The notes under the pieces were generated by a model. It was not told the origin of the DNA, made no database searches, and was given only the letters and a program-made list of their open reading frames with translations. Below, in pieces: positions 1-9,639 of a stretch of DNA of 64,000 nt. Both the position numbers and the translations under genes were made by a program. Location of the stretch: NCBI GenBank assembly GCA_963716395.1, contig OY970309.1:2880001-2944000 (forward strand). The letters run 5' to 3'. This DNA comes from an uncultured Fibrobacteria bacterium (GTDB lineage Bacteria; Fibrobacterota; Fibrobacteria; UBA11236). Each line of letters begins with the position of its first letter. Positions within the stretch are counted from its first letter, which is position 1.

Positions 1-1
1 C

Positions 2-1432
2 ACCGATGCTTCCAATCAGCCCGTCGCGAACGCCAACGTGGAACTTCTGCACGCGCAACAAAAAGCCCTGTCTGGGGCCGACGGCAGCTACGTCCTGAAC
101 ACCACCACCCGAATCCTGCCGACCGCGCCGGATGAATCCGCGAAGATCCGGATTTACCGGGGAGCGTTGGAATTGGCCCTCGTCCGTTCCGCCCCCATCC
201 GGGTGGAGATTGTCAATGCCAGGGGGAAAGTCCTCGACCAAGTGTTCCTCGAAAAACCCATGCCGGGGAGCTATCGGTTCGACCTGGCCGGACGATTCCC
301 CGCGAATAACCTGTTGATCGTGAAAGCCTCCGTCGGCACGGAGACGAAATCCTTCCCCTACTTCGCCCCAATCCCGGACGGGTGGATCACGCGCGCCTCC
401 GTGGATTTCTCCCCGAAGGCCGGCCCCTTGCTCGCCAAGGTTTCCGCCATCGTGGACACGTTGAAGGTCTCCGCTTCCGGTTATGCCGCGAAGAGCGTGG
501 AGATTTCGTCCTACGATACCACGGTGAACGTAACCCTCACCGCCGCGGACCGCTGGGGCGGTCCCGGCAATCCCGCGGGGCCCAGTGCCGGCTGCGGCAA
601 GCCTATCGCGAGCTTGAAGACCGGCCATAACCAAATCACCAGCAGCGGCACCCAGCGGGATTTCATCATCGACATCCCCACGGATTATAAACCCGATCAT
701 CCGTACCGGTTGTTCTTCTGCTTCCATTGGTACGGCGGAACGGACGATAGCATCGCCAGCGGCCAGGTCGAATTCGGGCCCGGCGGCGGCCCCGACAATT
801 ACGCCTACTACGGCCTCAAACCCCTCGCCCTCAAAGCGAATGACCCGGCCATCTTCATCGCGCCCCAAGGGGTCAACAACGGATGGGGCGGAGGACAAAC
901 CGATCACACCTTTTTCGACGACATGCTGGCCTTGGTCAAGGACAATCTCTGCATCGATACCACCCGCGTCTTCGCCACCGGTTTCAGTTTCGGAGGCATG
1001 TTCACCTATTCGCTTTCAACGGATCATCAAAAGCAGATTCGCGCCGCTGTCGGTATCGCCCCGGCCAATTGGAACATCTGGTTGCCCAGCCCTCTCCCGC
1101 GCGATCCCATCGCCTGGATGCAAACGACGGGGATGAGCGATCCGAATTGCAAGTGGATCTATGACTCGACCCAGCAATTGGGATCCAAATACATCGCCTT
1201 GCAGCGCGGGCAGGACAATGGTTGTGTCGTGCCGGCCGATATCCCCACCACCACGGTGGGGAGCAAGACGCATGTATGCTACGACTTCGCGGGTTGCAAG
1301 CAGGGATATCCGGTCAAGGCGTGCACCTTCGACGGTCCCCATGAAGCGAGCGTGGGCGACGGCGGAACCGGGAACGTGGGTAAGGACAGTTGGATTCCCC
1401 CCGAGTCCTGGAAGTTCTTCACGCAATTCTGA
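2..1432 (+). CDS. Secreted feruloyl esterase / PHB-depolymerase-like alpha/beta hydrolase (CE1-like), 5' partial
   Basis: Frame is open from position 2 (TDASNQPVANANVELL). Motifs PSAGCGK, FHWYGG, IFIAPQG, LCIDTTRVFATGFSFGG (GxSxG) and C-terminal WKFFTQF. Confidence 0.8.
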   Translation, partial: TDASNQPVANANVELLHAQQKALSGADGSYVLNTTTRILPTAPDESAKIRIYRGALELALVRSAPIRVEIVNARGKVLDQVFLEKPMPGSYRFDLAGRFPANNLLIVKASVGTETKSFPYFAPIPDGWITRASVDFSPKAGPLLAKVSAIVDTLKVSASGYAAKSVEISSYDTTVNVTLTAADRWGGPGNPAGPSAGCGKPIASLKTGHNQITSSGTQRDFIIDIPTDYKPDHPYRLFFCFHWYGGTDDSIASGQVEFGPGGGPDNYAYYGLKPLALKANDPAIFIAPQGVNNGWGGGQTDHTFFDDMLALVKDNLCIDTTRVFATGFSFGGMFTYSLSTDHQKQIRAAVGIAPANWNIWLPSPLPRDPIAWMQTTGMSDPNCKWIYDSTQQLGSKYIALQRGQDNGCVVPADIPTTTVGSKTHVCYDFAGCKQGYPVKACTFDGPHEASVGDGGTGNVGKDSWIPPESWKFFTQF

Positions 1433-1492
1433 GGCGGGGGATGGTGCGACGGTATCCGAAGTCGCCGTGGGTGTTGGGCCGGTAGGGGTAAT

Positions 1493-2284
1493 TCAGCCGG
1501 CCCGCAGGCGTTGCAAAAAGAAGGCCACGGCGCGCGTTCCCGTATCACCCAGGTCACGGGTGTATTCGTTGACATACAGTTGCACATGCGCCCGCAACAC
1601 CGCCGGATCCATGGATTGGGCGTGCCGCGCGCACAGTTGCAGCGTTTCGTCTTGATGCGCATAGGCCCAGTCCAGGCTTTGCCGCACCGCGTCTTCGATG
1701 GATTCCGAAGCGGGGCCGGCTGCGGGTCGATAGGCCAGCGCACCCAGGGGAATGGGGTGGCCCGTGGCTTCTTCCCAATGCGCGCCGAGGTCGCGTTCAA
1801 GCCGCAAGCCGTCGCGCGCATAGGTGAAGCGCATTTCGTGAATGACCACGCCTTGGGCCTCGCGCCGCTCCCGCAGCTCCCGGTACAAGGCGTCAAAGGG
1901 CAAAAAGCGTTTGCGCAGGGATTGGCCGGCCCAGAAGTCGAGCAGGAAATTGGCCGTGGTATTCTCTCCCGGAACCAGAATTTCAACCTTGGGATCAAAA
2001 GGCGCGCCCCCGGTCAGGAGCAGCGGGCCGCAGCCGCGGCCCAAGGCTCCGCCGCAGCGAAGCAGGTGGTAAGCGGAACAATGCCGGGCATTGGCATAGC
2101 TGATCTTCACCAGATCGAAGGCGCCGGCGCGCGCGCGTTGGTTGAGCGTCTCGACGTCTTCGAAGGCGAACGTCGCCGTCCAATCCGTTTTCACCGTGCC
2201 GTGCAACAACCCCGAAAAGATGAAGACGTCGTTGGGACAGGGAGAAATCCCGATGCGCAGGTTCACGGCAACTCCCGGCGGCAT
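1493..2284 (-). CDS. mqnD: 1,4-dihydroxy-6-naphthoate synthase (futalosine pathway)
   Basis: SPCPNDVFIF, DVETLN, GGALGRGCGPLL, IHEMRFTY, PIPLG, HVQLYVNEYT; adjacent to mqnB. Confidence 0.92.
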   Translation of the reverse strand: MPPGVAVNLRIGISPCPNDVFIFSGLLHGTVKTDWTATFAFEDVETLNQRARAGAFDLVKISYANARHCSAYHLLRCGGALGRGCGPLLLTGGAPFDPKVEILVPGENTTANFLLDFWAGQSLRKRFLPFDALYRELRERREAQGVVIHEMRFTYARDGLRLERDLGAHWEEATGHPIPLGALAYRPAAGPASESIEDAVRQSLDWAYAHQDETLQLCARHAQSMDPAVLRAHVQLYVNEYTRDLGDTGTRAVAFFLQRLRAG

Positions 2285-2940
2285 TGCCGCCAGAACTCCG
2301 CCAAGATCCGCAAGGCCGCGGCCACGTTTTCAGGTCGCAGATCGCGGTCGGCGGCGATATTGCTGATGGCGCGCACTTCGCAGACCGGAATCCCGCGCCG
2401 CTCGGCGACCAAAGCCACGGCCGCGCCTTCCATGCTTTCGAAGTCGGCCGCGAACAGGCGATGGCGCAAAGCGCCGGTGCTGGCGCGGCCGGTGCAGCCG
2501 TTCACCGTAGCCCCGCGGCCGCGGCGCAGGCGCAGGTTTGCAAGTGCGCCGGTAATTTCTTCCGGAACCCACAAGGCGAGAGGACCGCACTCCGACGGGT
2601 CGGCGAAGGCGAAGCGCGACAGCGGCCGGAAACCTTCGGCATCGGGCATTTCCATGCCCAGGTCGGCGAAGATTTCCGAAGATCCGACGGCGAGGTCTCC
2701 GACCTCCCATTCCGCCGCGGCATAGGCCCCGGCCAAACCGGTGTTCACGATCCAGCGCGGCTGCAGGGCGTCGATCCAACGCGGTAGGCGCAGCAGGGTC
2801 GCCGGAATGCCGACCCCGGTAACGGCTGCGTAACCTTCGGGAATTTTCCACAACCGATTGGGTTCGACTATTTCCGCCCCCTCGAGGCCGAGGGTTTGCA
2901 ATTCGTCGCGGGTGGCGGCGCAGAAAAAACCCGGTTTCAT
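2263..2940 (-). CDS. mqnB: Futalosine hydrolase
   Basis: PNP/MTAN-fold motifs TGVG, NTGLAGAY, ATVNGCTG, ESMEGAAVA, EVRAISN. Start ATG at 2940 overlaps the stop of the upstream kinase gene. Confidence 0.88.
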   Translation of the reverse strand: MKPGFFCAATRDELQTLGLEGAEIVEPNRLWKIPEGYAAVTGVGIPATLLRLPRWIDALQPRWIVNTGLAGAYAAAEWEVGDLAVGSSEIFADLGMEMPDAEGFRPLSRFAFADPSECGPLALWVPEEITGALANLRLRRGRGATVNGCTGRASTGALRHRLFAADFESMEGAAVALVAERRGIPVCEVRAISNIAADRDLRPENVAAALRILAEFWRQCRRELP

Positions 2941-3827
2941 GCCGGCTCCCGCGCCACGCCCGCTTCGAGATCGCGGGCGCGCTCCGCATCCCATTCGGCC
3001 GGCAGCGGCGTTGCGCAACTGGCCGCGCCCAGGGCCAAGGCGCGGCGCACCGCGGCTGCGGCGTCCCAGCCGCGCAATACCCCGTCGGTTAACCCGGCCG
3101 TGACGGTATCGCCCGCGCCGATGGGGCTGACGAGCGTACCCAGGGCCGGCAGCCGGTAGACGCCGTCAGCCGGACCCGCTCCGAACACCCGCGCCGCGCC
3201 GGCGCCCGCGGTGACGAGCCGGGCGGGCGGGGTCGGACCCGCAGTCGCTTCCACCACGGGCCGCAGGCGCGTGTATTCCTCGGTGTTGACCTTGATCCAG
3301 GCCAGCCGCGGCAGAATTTCGGGGCGTAAGCCCGCCACCGAATCCCAGAACACCGGCGCGTTTCCGGTGTGTGCGATCACGGCGGCATGGGCTGAATCCG
3401 GTACTCCTGAAGGTATCGTTCCACAGATCACAACGGCATCCCAGGCCGGCGGCGGCAAAACGGATTGCAACGCGTTTTCGAGGTCGGGTTCCGAGATTGC
3501 GAACGGCTCGATCAGTTCAGTGGCGCCGCAGTCAGGCGACACTACCGTGGTACAGACGCGCGTTTCTCCCCGCACCCACACCGGCAGATTGCGCAGACCC
3601 CAGGCGGCGCAGGCGTCGCGGCAGCGGCGTCCGGTTTCACCCGCGAGAATTTGCAGCAGCCACACGGTATGGCCCAGACGGGACAGGGCTTTGGCCACGT
3701 TGGCGCCTTTGCCGGCGGCCAGCTCGCGAACTTCGCGCGCCCGGTTCACGCCGCCGACCTGCAACCGATCCAGGATCAGCACCCGCTGCCAGGCCGGATT
3801 CAACCCCACGACCAGAACCTGGGCCAT
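2937..3827 (-). CDS. PfkB-family carbohydrate kinase (1-phosphofructokinase/LacC-like)
   Basis: GLNPAWQ, AAGKGANVA, GETRVCTT, KVNTEE, SPIGAGD. Confidence 0.85.
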   Translation of the reverse strand: MAQVLVVGLNPAWQRVLILDRLQVGGVNRAREVRELAAGKGANVAKALSRLGHTVWLLQILAGETGRRCRDACAAWGLRNLPVWVRGETRVCTTVVSPDCGATELIEPFAISEPDLENALQSVLPPPAWDAVVICGTIPSGVPDSAHAAVIAHTGNAPVFWDSVAGLRPEILPRLAWIKVNTEEYTRLRPVVEATAGPTPPARLVTAGAGAARVFGAGPADGVYRLPALGTLVSPIGAGDTVTAGLTDGVLRGWDAAAAVRRALALGAASCATPLPAEWDAERARDLEAGVAREPA

Positions 3828-3869
3828 GAGCAAAAGATAGCTGACGGGCGTTCCCTCCGCCGCGGCGGG

Positions 3870-6098
3870 TCAGGCGTGCACAGGTGCCGGTGCGGGCAGT
3901 TGGCGGATGTGGGAGTAGAAGGTGACGCGGTTGCGGCCGTTCTTCTTGCTGTAATACATGGCCTTGTCGGCGTTGTCGATGAGATCGCTTTTGCTCGTGC
4001 CGTCGAGGGGAAACGAAGCGCTGCCGATGCTCACCGTAACGCGCAGGGTTTTGCCCTCGGCCTGCACCAAAGTGCGTTCGATGGCTTCGCGGATGCGCTC
4101 GGCCAGAGGCACGGCCAGGGCCTCATCGGCTTGAATCAGGGCCACTACGAATTCTTCGCCGCCGTAGCGGGCGCAAAAGTCGGAGGTGCGGATGCTTTGG
4201 GTCAAAGTGCGGGCCACCATTTTCAGGACCAGATCGCCGACCGGATGGCCGTAGGTGTCGTTGAAGGATTTGAATTTGTCGATGTCGAGCAACAGCAAGG
4301 TCAGGGGCTGGCGGTAGCGCTGGCAGCGTTCGATTTCGCCGGTGAGAAAATCCTGGAACTTGCGGTGGTTGGGAATCTGGGTCAGGCCGTCGATGGTGGC
4401 CTGGTTCTCCATCTCCTGGTACATGCGCGCCTTGGTCAAGGCGTTGGAGACGTTGGCCATGATGGTTTTCATGGTTTGCAACTCGGCTTCCGAATAGGTG
4501 CCGGTATCGTTGTTCTCTACGCCCACGATGCCCAGGGTCGATTGACGATCGTCCTGGATCGGGGCCAACAGCATGTCCTGCGGACGGGTCTCGGGGGGAT
4601 CTTCCTGGTTGAAGCGCACGAAGCGTTCTTCTTTGCGGAACCCCTGCACCACCAGCGCGCGCCGGTTGCGGAAGACGCTGCCGTACAGGCTGTGGGGATC
4701 CTGCACGTCGAAATCGGCGCCCTCGACGAGTTGGCCCGGTTCGCCGAAAATTTTCCAGACGTAACCGCGGCCCGAATGGGGATTGTATCCGCAGATCACG
4801 ATGCGATCGTAATCAAAGGTGCGCTTGAGCGATTCCACCATGACTTCCAGCACTTCTTCCCAGCGTAGGGCCGCCGCCAGGTTCTTGGAAATCTCATACT
4901 GGTTGTCGGCCTGGAGCGCGAAGCGGTTCATCTGGATGCGCATGTTGGTGTTGGTGATCATGGCCGAAGCAATGCGCGTGAAACGGTCCATCAGGGTTTT
5001 GTGATCATCGGTAAAAGCGCGCACGGATTCCGAGTCAACCACCAGCAGGCCTTGCACCTGGTGGCTCTGGATGTCCATGACCCGCATGACCATGATGGAG
5101 TTGATGTTTTCCGGCGTGTGGTAGTAATCCAGATGCGCGGTGTAGGATTTGAGGTTGCCGGTGACGAAGCCCGCCGGCTTGTTCAGGGCCCCACCGATCA
5201 CGCCTTCACCGGCGCGGATCACGCAGTCGTAATTGAAGTTGCGGCTTTTGGTCACCACCGCATTCACCACGAGGTCTTCGCCAATCGGGTCAAACAGAAA
5301 TCCGATCGACGTATACGCCTTGAAGTTGCGGCTCATGAAATACACCACTTCTTCCAAGGTGTTTTGCTTGTCTTTCATCGCCTTGGCGTTCAGGTTTTCC
5401 AGGTAGGAGCGCGAATAGAATTGCGTCGCCGAAGGGGAGTCTGCATCGGTGGCCGCAATGATGGTTGAAGACCGGGCAGCTTGCGCGGCGGCGTCGGTCC
5501 CCTCTTCGTGGGCCGGCGAAGAGGCCGAAGAGGCCGCCCCCGCACCCGCCGCTTTTTTCGGAAAGGCGCCGGCAAAGGGGGCCGCGTTCTGAATAAAGCG
5601 GCGCGCCCCGAGCAGCACCAGGTTGACCAGCAACGCCAACAGAACCGGACTCACCATTTCTGTGGTGTAGGAATGAATATCTCGGATTGGCGCCGGCGTG
5701 AGGTGGGGGAGAAATCCGTACACGCGGTTGGCGAGTTGCACCGAGGTGGAGAGTAGCAGCAATAGCAGGCCGAAAAGAGCGTGCAACGGGTTGGCCAAAA
5801 CACCTTGCAGGGCGGCCCAGGCCACCAAAGGCGCCAGATTCAAGGGTTGGTTGACCCCCCCCAAAAATTGAATTCCCGAGGCGGTCAAGGCCAACAGCCA
5901 GCAAATCGAGGCCAGACTGCCCAGGGGATAAGCGCCTTTGCCGGCCTTGGTCAATAAGACGGCGGTGGCAGCTACGGAGAGGGTGAGCAACCACATGCCG
6001 GGGGTGGGTGGAATTTCTCCCAAGGTCGGCAAATAGGCGACCCCCACCACCACATAGGCGGCTCCGCAAGCGACAAGGAAAAGCTCAAACGCCTTCAT
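3870..6098 (-). CDS. Membrane-anchored diguanylate cyclase with two GAF-like domains
   Basis: N-terminal hydrophobic helices, two GAF-like segments, DGLT, DIDKFKSFNDTYGH, RTSD I-site, ARYGGEEF. Confidence 0.92.
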   Translation of the reverse strand: MKAFELFLVACGAAYVVVGVAYLPTLGEIPPTPGMWLLTLSVAATAVLLTKAGKGAYPLGSLASICWLLALTASGIQFLGGVNQPLNLAPLVAWAALQGVLANPLHALFGLLLLLLSTSVQLANRVYGFLPHLTPAPIRDIHSYTTEMVSPVLLALLVNLVLLGARRFIQNAAPFAGAFPKKAAGAGAASSASSPAHEEGTDAAAQAARSSTIIAATDADSPSATQFYSRSYLENLNAKAMKDKQNTLEEVVYFMSRNFKAYTSIGFLFDPIGEDLVVNAVVTKSRNFNYDCVIRAGEGVIGGALNKPAGFVTGNLKSYTAHLDYYHTPENINSIMVMRVMDIQSHQVQGLLVVDSESVRAFTDDHKTLMDRFTRIASAMITNTNMRIQMNRFALQADNQYEISKNLAAALRWEEVLEVMVESLKRTFDYDRIVICGYNPHSGRGYVWKIFGEPGQLVEGADFDVQDPHSLYGSVFRNRRALVVQGFRKEERFVRFNQEDPPETRPQDMLLAPIQDDRQSTLGIVGVENNDTGTYSEAELQTMKTIMANVSNALTKARMYQEMENQATIDGLTQIPNHRKFQDFLTGEIERCQRYRQPLTLLLLDIDKFKSFNDTYGHPVGDLVLKMVARTLTQSIRTSDFCARYGGEEFVVALIQADEALAVPLAERIREAIERTLVQAEGKTLRVTVSIGSASFPLDGTSKSDLIDNADKAMYYSKKNGRNRVTFYSHIRQLPAPAPVHA

Positions 6099-7239
6099 GG
6101 ATGGCAATCGATTTGGAACTGGAAGCGGGCCTCGCGGGAATGTTCATGCGCAATCTTTTGTTATTGTAGTACCGGTGTCGCAAAAAAAGCCACTTCCGCG
6201 TTTGACGCTGGGAAATCGACTTCCGTATCGTTTTTTGGAGATTCTTCCGCAAAGTTGGAAACACCGCTATCTGCTGCGTCAGAGCGGCGGCGACGTCGAT
6301 TGCGGGGTTTTCGACCTGTCCAAGAAACTGCAAGCGTTGCGCCGCCTCCTGATCGTTTGGCCCGAACGCGTCGAAGAGATGCTGCTGGCCGTACCTACGG
6401 TGAAAGCCTTGTCCGAGGCGCTCGGGAACGGTGCGACCTGCGCACATTTCGCCGAGGTGCGCACGGTTCCGTTTTTATCGGGGTTATTCCCGGCCGCTCC
6501 GTTGGTGGGGTGGGATCGCGGAAGCCTGGCTTGGCATGAGCCGGCCGTGCAAACCGCGTTGGCTTCGTTGCGGGCCTTTCATCCCGACGCCGCGATTTGC
6601 TGGTTGAATCCCTTTCCTTCGGTATTACAGGCCGTGGTGAAAGCCTCGGGAGCCGGCATTCGCATCGCCTTTGAAAGCGTGGGCACTTGGCCGTATGCCA
6701 ATGTCGAAATGGCCCCGGATGCCGAAAATCCCTTGCCGGCCCGCTATTTTCACTGCCTGGCTTTGTGGCGCTATGCCGGATTTTCTCCCCAGGAAAAATG
6801 GGCGCGCATCCAATCCGATGCCGAGCAACGCCGAGACGCCGCGGACAAATGGGCCGGGGCCCTGGCTCAACCCGAACAGACCTGGCTGTATCTGCACCTC
6901 TCCGACGGCCAGGATCTCGACGATGCTTTGCATGCCCAACTCAGCCTGTGCCTGCAGGCGCATGAAGCCGCAGGGTTTCGGCTGGGTTGGGTGGAATGGG
7001 CAGCGGCCGCCTCCGGCCCGGGTGAGGGAGCCTGGCGCGGCGCTCCGAGTTTGCAAGCTTCGGGCTGGAGTAACCTGCTGGCCCTCATCGAGGGCGTGCG
7101 CGGCGTTTTGGCTTTTCAGGGCGCGGCCCTGCATTTCGCCAGCCTGGCCGAGGTGCGCTGTCTGGCCCTGTTGCGGCGCAGCGAAGCGGCCTATGACGCT
7201 TCGCGTTGGAACCGGCTGTTCCAACCGGCCTGGGTGTGA
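6097..7239 (+). CDS. GT9 (heptosyltransferase)-like protein, divergent; start uncertain (perhaps near 6202)
   Basis: LLIVWPERVEEMLLAVPTVKAL resembles the GT9 N-terminal motif; GAALHFASLAEVRCLAL resembles GT9 DSGxxHLAAA. Confidence 0.55.
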   Translation: MDGNRFGTGSGPRGNVHAQSFVIVVPVSQKKPLPRLTLGNRLPYRFLEILPQSWKHRYLLRQSGGDVDCGVFDLSKKLQALRRLLIVWPERVEEMLLAVPTVKALSEALGNGATCAHFAEVRTVPFLSGLFPAAPLVGWDRGSLAWHEPAVQTALASLRAFHPDAAICWLNPFPSVLQAVVKASGAGIRIAFESVGTWPYANVEMAPDAENPLPARYFHCLALWRYAGFSPQEKWARIQSDAEQRRDAADKWAGALAQPEQTWLYLHLSDGQDLDDALHAQLSLCLQAHEAAGFRLGWVEWAAAASGPGEGAWRGAPSLQASGWSNLLALIEGVRGVLAFQGAALHFASLAEVRCLALLRRSEAAYDASRWNRLFQPAWV

Positions 7240-7279
7240 TTTTGATCACGGTATAGTTCCGTGATCTGCCGTACTGCGG

Positions 7280-8359
7280 CTAGAGGTATTGTTTCCAGCG
7301 GGGATTTTCCTGCACTTTTTTCACCAATTGCTTGAAATGGGGGATGCGCGACTTGTCGGCGACTACGGTAACGCCGTTGTGTTGCACCACCAGGAGGTTA
7401 TCGACCCCGAAGGTGCAGACCAGGCCGTCGGAAAAGCAGGTGTTGCCCCGGCTTTCGAGCAGCAGCGCTTGCCCCACGCTGCGGTTGCCGGCTTCGTCGG
7501 GTGCATGCAGCCGATCCAGGGAACTCCAGGAACCGATGTCGTCCCAGGCAAAGGCCGGAATCACGGCCGCGATGCTTTCGGATTTTTCCAACAGGCCGTA
7601 GTCGATGGAAACGTCTTCGAGATTTCGGTAAATCCGTTTCAGCTTGGCCGCGAAAGTCGGGCGGCGGGGATTCAAGTCGCCTTCGGCCTCGAACGCCTGC
7701 GCCGTATGGGGAAGGTGCCGGCGAAACTGTTCCCACAAGTAGTCCACCCGCCAGGCGAACATGCCGCTGTTCCAGAGAAAGTCGCCCGATTCGACATAGG
7801 CCTGGGCGTATTCCGGCGAAGGTTTCTCGTGAAAGCGAATGATTTTTCGCACGTCCAAACCCTGCACCGATTCCGCGGCCGTAGATCCCGTTTCGATGTA
7901 TCCATAGCCGGTATCGGGACGGGTGGGCCGGATTCCAAATACCACCAGACAGTCTCCCCGGCGCGCGACTTCGGCGGCGGCGCGCAGGGCGCGCGCGAAT
8001 TCGCGCGCCGGTCCGATGGCGTGATCCGCGGTCAGCACCAGCATCACCCCTTGCGGATCCTCGCGCTGGATGAGCCGCGCCGCCAGGGCGATGGCCGCGG
8101 CGGTATTGCGGCTTTGCGGTTCGGCGACCCGTTGTACGCCCGCCAGGCCGCGCACCTTGGCCTTGACCGGAACCTCCAGGTTTTTCCCGATGATAAGCCG
8201 GATTTTACCGCGGCGCTGAAAGGCGCGGATATTCCGCAAGGTGTCTTCGAGCATGGAATGTGAAGTCACCAGCGGCAGAAGCTGCTTGGGATGCTTGGAA
8301 TTGCTGTAGGGCCAGAATCGTTCTCCCCGGCCTCCTGCCATCACTACGGGATGAATCAT
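7280..8359 (-). CDS. manC: Mannose-1-phosphate guanylyltransferase
   Basis: MAGGRGERFWP, PKQLL, EPQSRNTA, ADH, TGYGYI, FHEKP, WNSGMF, SIDYG, WDDIGSW. SD GGAGG precedes ATG 8359. Confidence 0.93.
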   Translation of the reverse strand: MIHPVVMAGGRGERFWPYSNSKHPKQLLPLVTSHSMLEDTLRNIRAFQRRGKIRLIIGKNLEVPVKAKVRGLAGVQRVAEPQSRNTAAAIALAARLIQREDPQGVMLVLTADHAIGPAREFARALRAAAEVARRGDCLVVFGIRPTRPDTGYGYIETGSTAAESVQGLDVRKIIRFHEKPSPEYAQAYVESGDFLWNSGMFAWRVDYLWEQFRRHLPHTAQAFEAEGDLNPRRPTFAAKLKRIYRNLEDVSIDYGLLEKSESIAAVIPAFAWDDIGSWSSLDRLHAPDEAGNRSVGQALLLESRGNTCFSDGLVCTFGVDNLLVVQHNGVTVVADKSRIPHFKQLVKKVQENPRWKQYL

Positions 8360-8427
8360 GCCGCCTCCTGCAAGGAAAGCCCAAAAATAGCAGTTCACAT
8401 ACATAAACAAAGCCGAAAGGGTCTAAA

Positions 8428-8616
8428 GGGTACCTCTAACAATCGCATTCCGGCTGCGACTCCGCCTGCGGCGGACGAAGGCCTCCGGCTTTGTTGTCCG
8501 CCGCAGGCGGAGCGATATTCAACCATATCGCCTTTCTCGCGCGTCTTGCCGGCGGCCTTCTCGCTTGGTCTTCCGCCGTAGGCGGACCTTCGGCGGACCG
8601 ATTATTAGAGGTACCC
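8428..8616. mobile_element. MITE-like non-coding element, 189 bp
   Basis: TIRs GGGTACCTCTAACAATCG and CGATTATTAGAGGTACCC (1 mismatch), flanked by TAAA at 8424-8427 and 8617-8620. Internal perfect 17-bp IR at 8460-8476/8496-8512. Confidence 0.75.
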
Positions 8617-8764
8617 TAAAGTTTTTGGCGCCCATGCGTTTCAGTCCGGAAAAGCCGCGGGCGGCCATCGAGTTTTTGGGTGGGAAATAACGTGTAATGC
8701 CGAATCGGTAACAGTATTATAGGCAGAACAACCCGTATTTAGGGCAGCAGAGGATTGGGGTAGC

Positions 8765-9631
8765 ATGGCCGGGCCGGGGCAACATCGGAGAAATACCGGA
8801 ACTGTGGATTTGCACATGCATTCCACGCTGTCGGATGGAGCTCTGTCGGTACCGGAACTCATCGATCTTTGCCGGCAGCAGGGCTTGGATTCCATCGCCA
8901 TCACCGATCACGACAATATCGACTCCTACGAAGAAGGCCGCGAATATGCCGAAGACGCGGGCCTGGAATTCATTCCCGGGGTCGAAATCAGTTCGTATCG
9001 GGAAGGGAGCGATATCCATATTCTCGGGTATTTCTACGACCCCACCCATTTGCGGCTGAACCAAACCCTGGTGGAACTGCGCTCCAAGCGCAAACAACGC
9101 GCGCAAATGATTTTGCAGCGGCTGGCGCAGATGGGAGTGGAAATCAGTTACGAAAAACTTTTGCACCGGACGGGCGGTTCTTTGGGTCGCGCCCATATCG
9201 CACTGGCTTTGGTGGAGGAGGAGTACGTCGCCACCTTTCAGGAAGCCTTCACCCGCTATTTGGGGAACACCACCGAAGTGATGGCGGGTATTGAAAGCGA
9301 AAAGCTCTCCCCGGCCGAGGCCATCGCCTTGATCCTCGAAGCCGGCGGCATCCCGGTCATGGCCCATCCGGCCAAAACCCGGCGCGACGATTTGATCGAA
9401 GAAATGGTGGATTGCGGTTTGAAAGGCATTGAAATCTACAGCCACGGCCTGAGCCCCACCTGCTTCCGCAAGTACAAAGACTTGGCCCGGCGTTACGGGC
9501 TGGTTTGCTGCGGGGGCGCCGACTTTCACATGCGGCGCGAAGACGATCGGAATTCGCCCGGCAGCCTGCACATTCCCTACGAGGTGCTGGGCCGGCTGAA
9601 GGATCTCAAAGAGGGTTTTTGCCCGGCCTGA
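8765..9631 (+). CDS. PHP-domain metal-dependent phosphoesterase (YciV/TrpH-like)
   Basis: DLHMHSTLSDG, AITDHD, GVEIS, HILGY, GRAHIA, AHP, GGADFH. Confidence 0.9.
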   Translation: MAGPGQHRRNTGTVDLHMHSTLSDGALSVPELIDLCRQQGLDSIAITDHDNIDSYEEGREYAEDAGLEFIPGVEISSYREGSDIHILGYFYDPTHLRLNQTLVELRSKRKQRAQMILQRLAQMGVEISYEKLLHRTGGSLGRAHIALALVEEEYVATFQEAFTRYLGNTTEVMAGIESEKLSPAEAIALILEAGGIPVMAHPAKTRRDDLIEEMVDCGLKGIEIYSHGLSPTCFRKYKDLARRYGLVCCGGADFHMRREDDRNSPGSLHIPYEVLGRLKDLKEGFCPA

Positions 9632-9639
9632 TTTTTCTT

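Noticed and set aside
8405-8427. CAAAGCCGAAAGGGTCTAA resembling part of a c-di-GMP-I riboswitch
   Set aside because: The upstream GGCAAAC-stem-GAAA-stem-GACGC portion is missing, and the match runs into the MITE flank.
8460-8600. Repeated palindromes as a mini CRISPR array
   Set aside because: Only three short units in mixed orientation with irregular spacing and no cas genes; explained by the MITE-like element.
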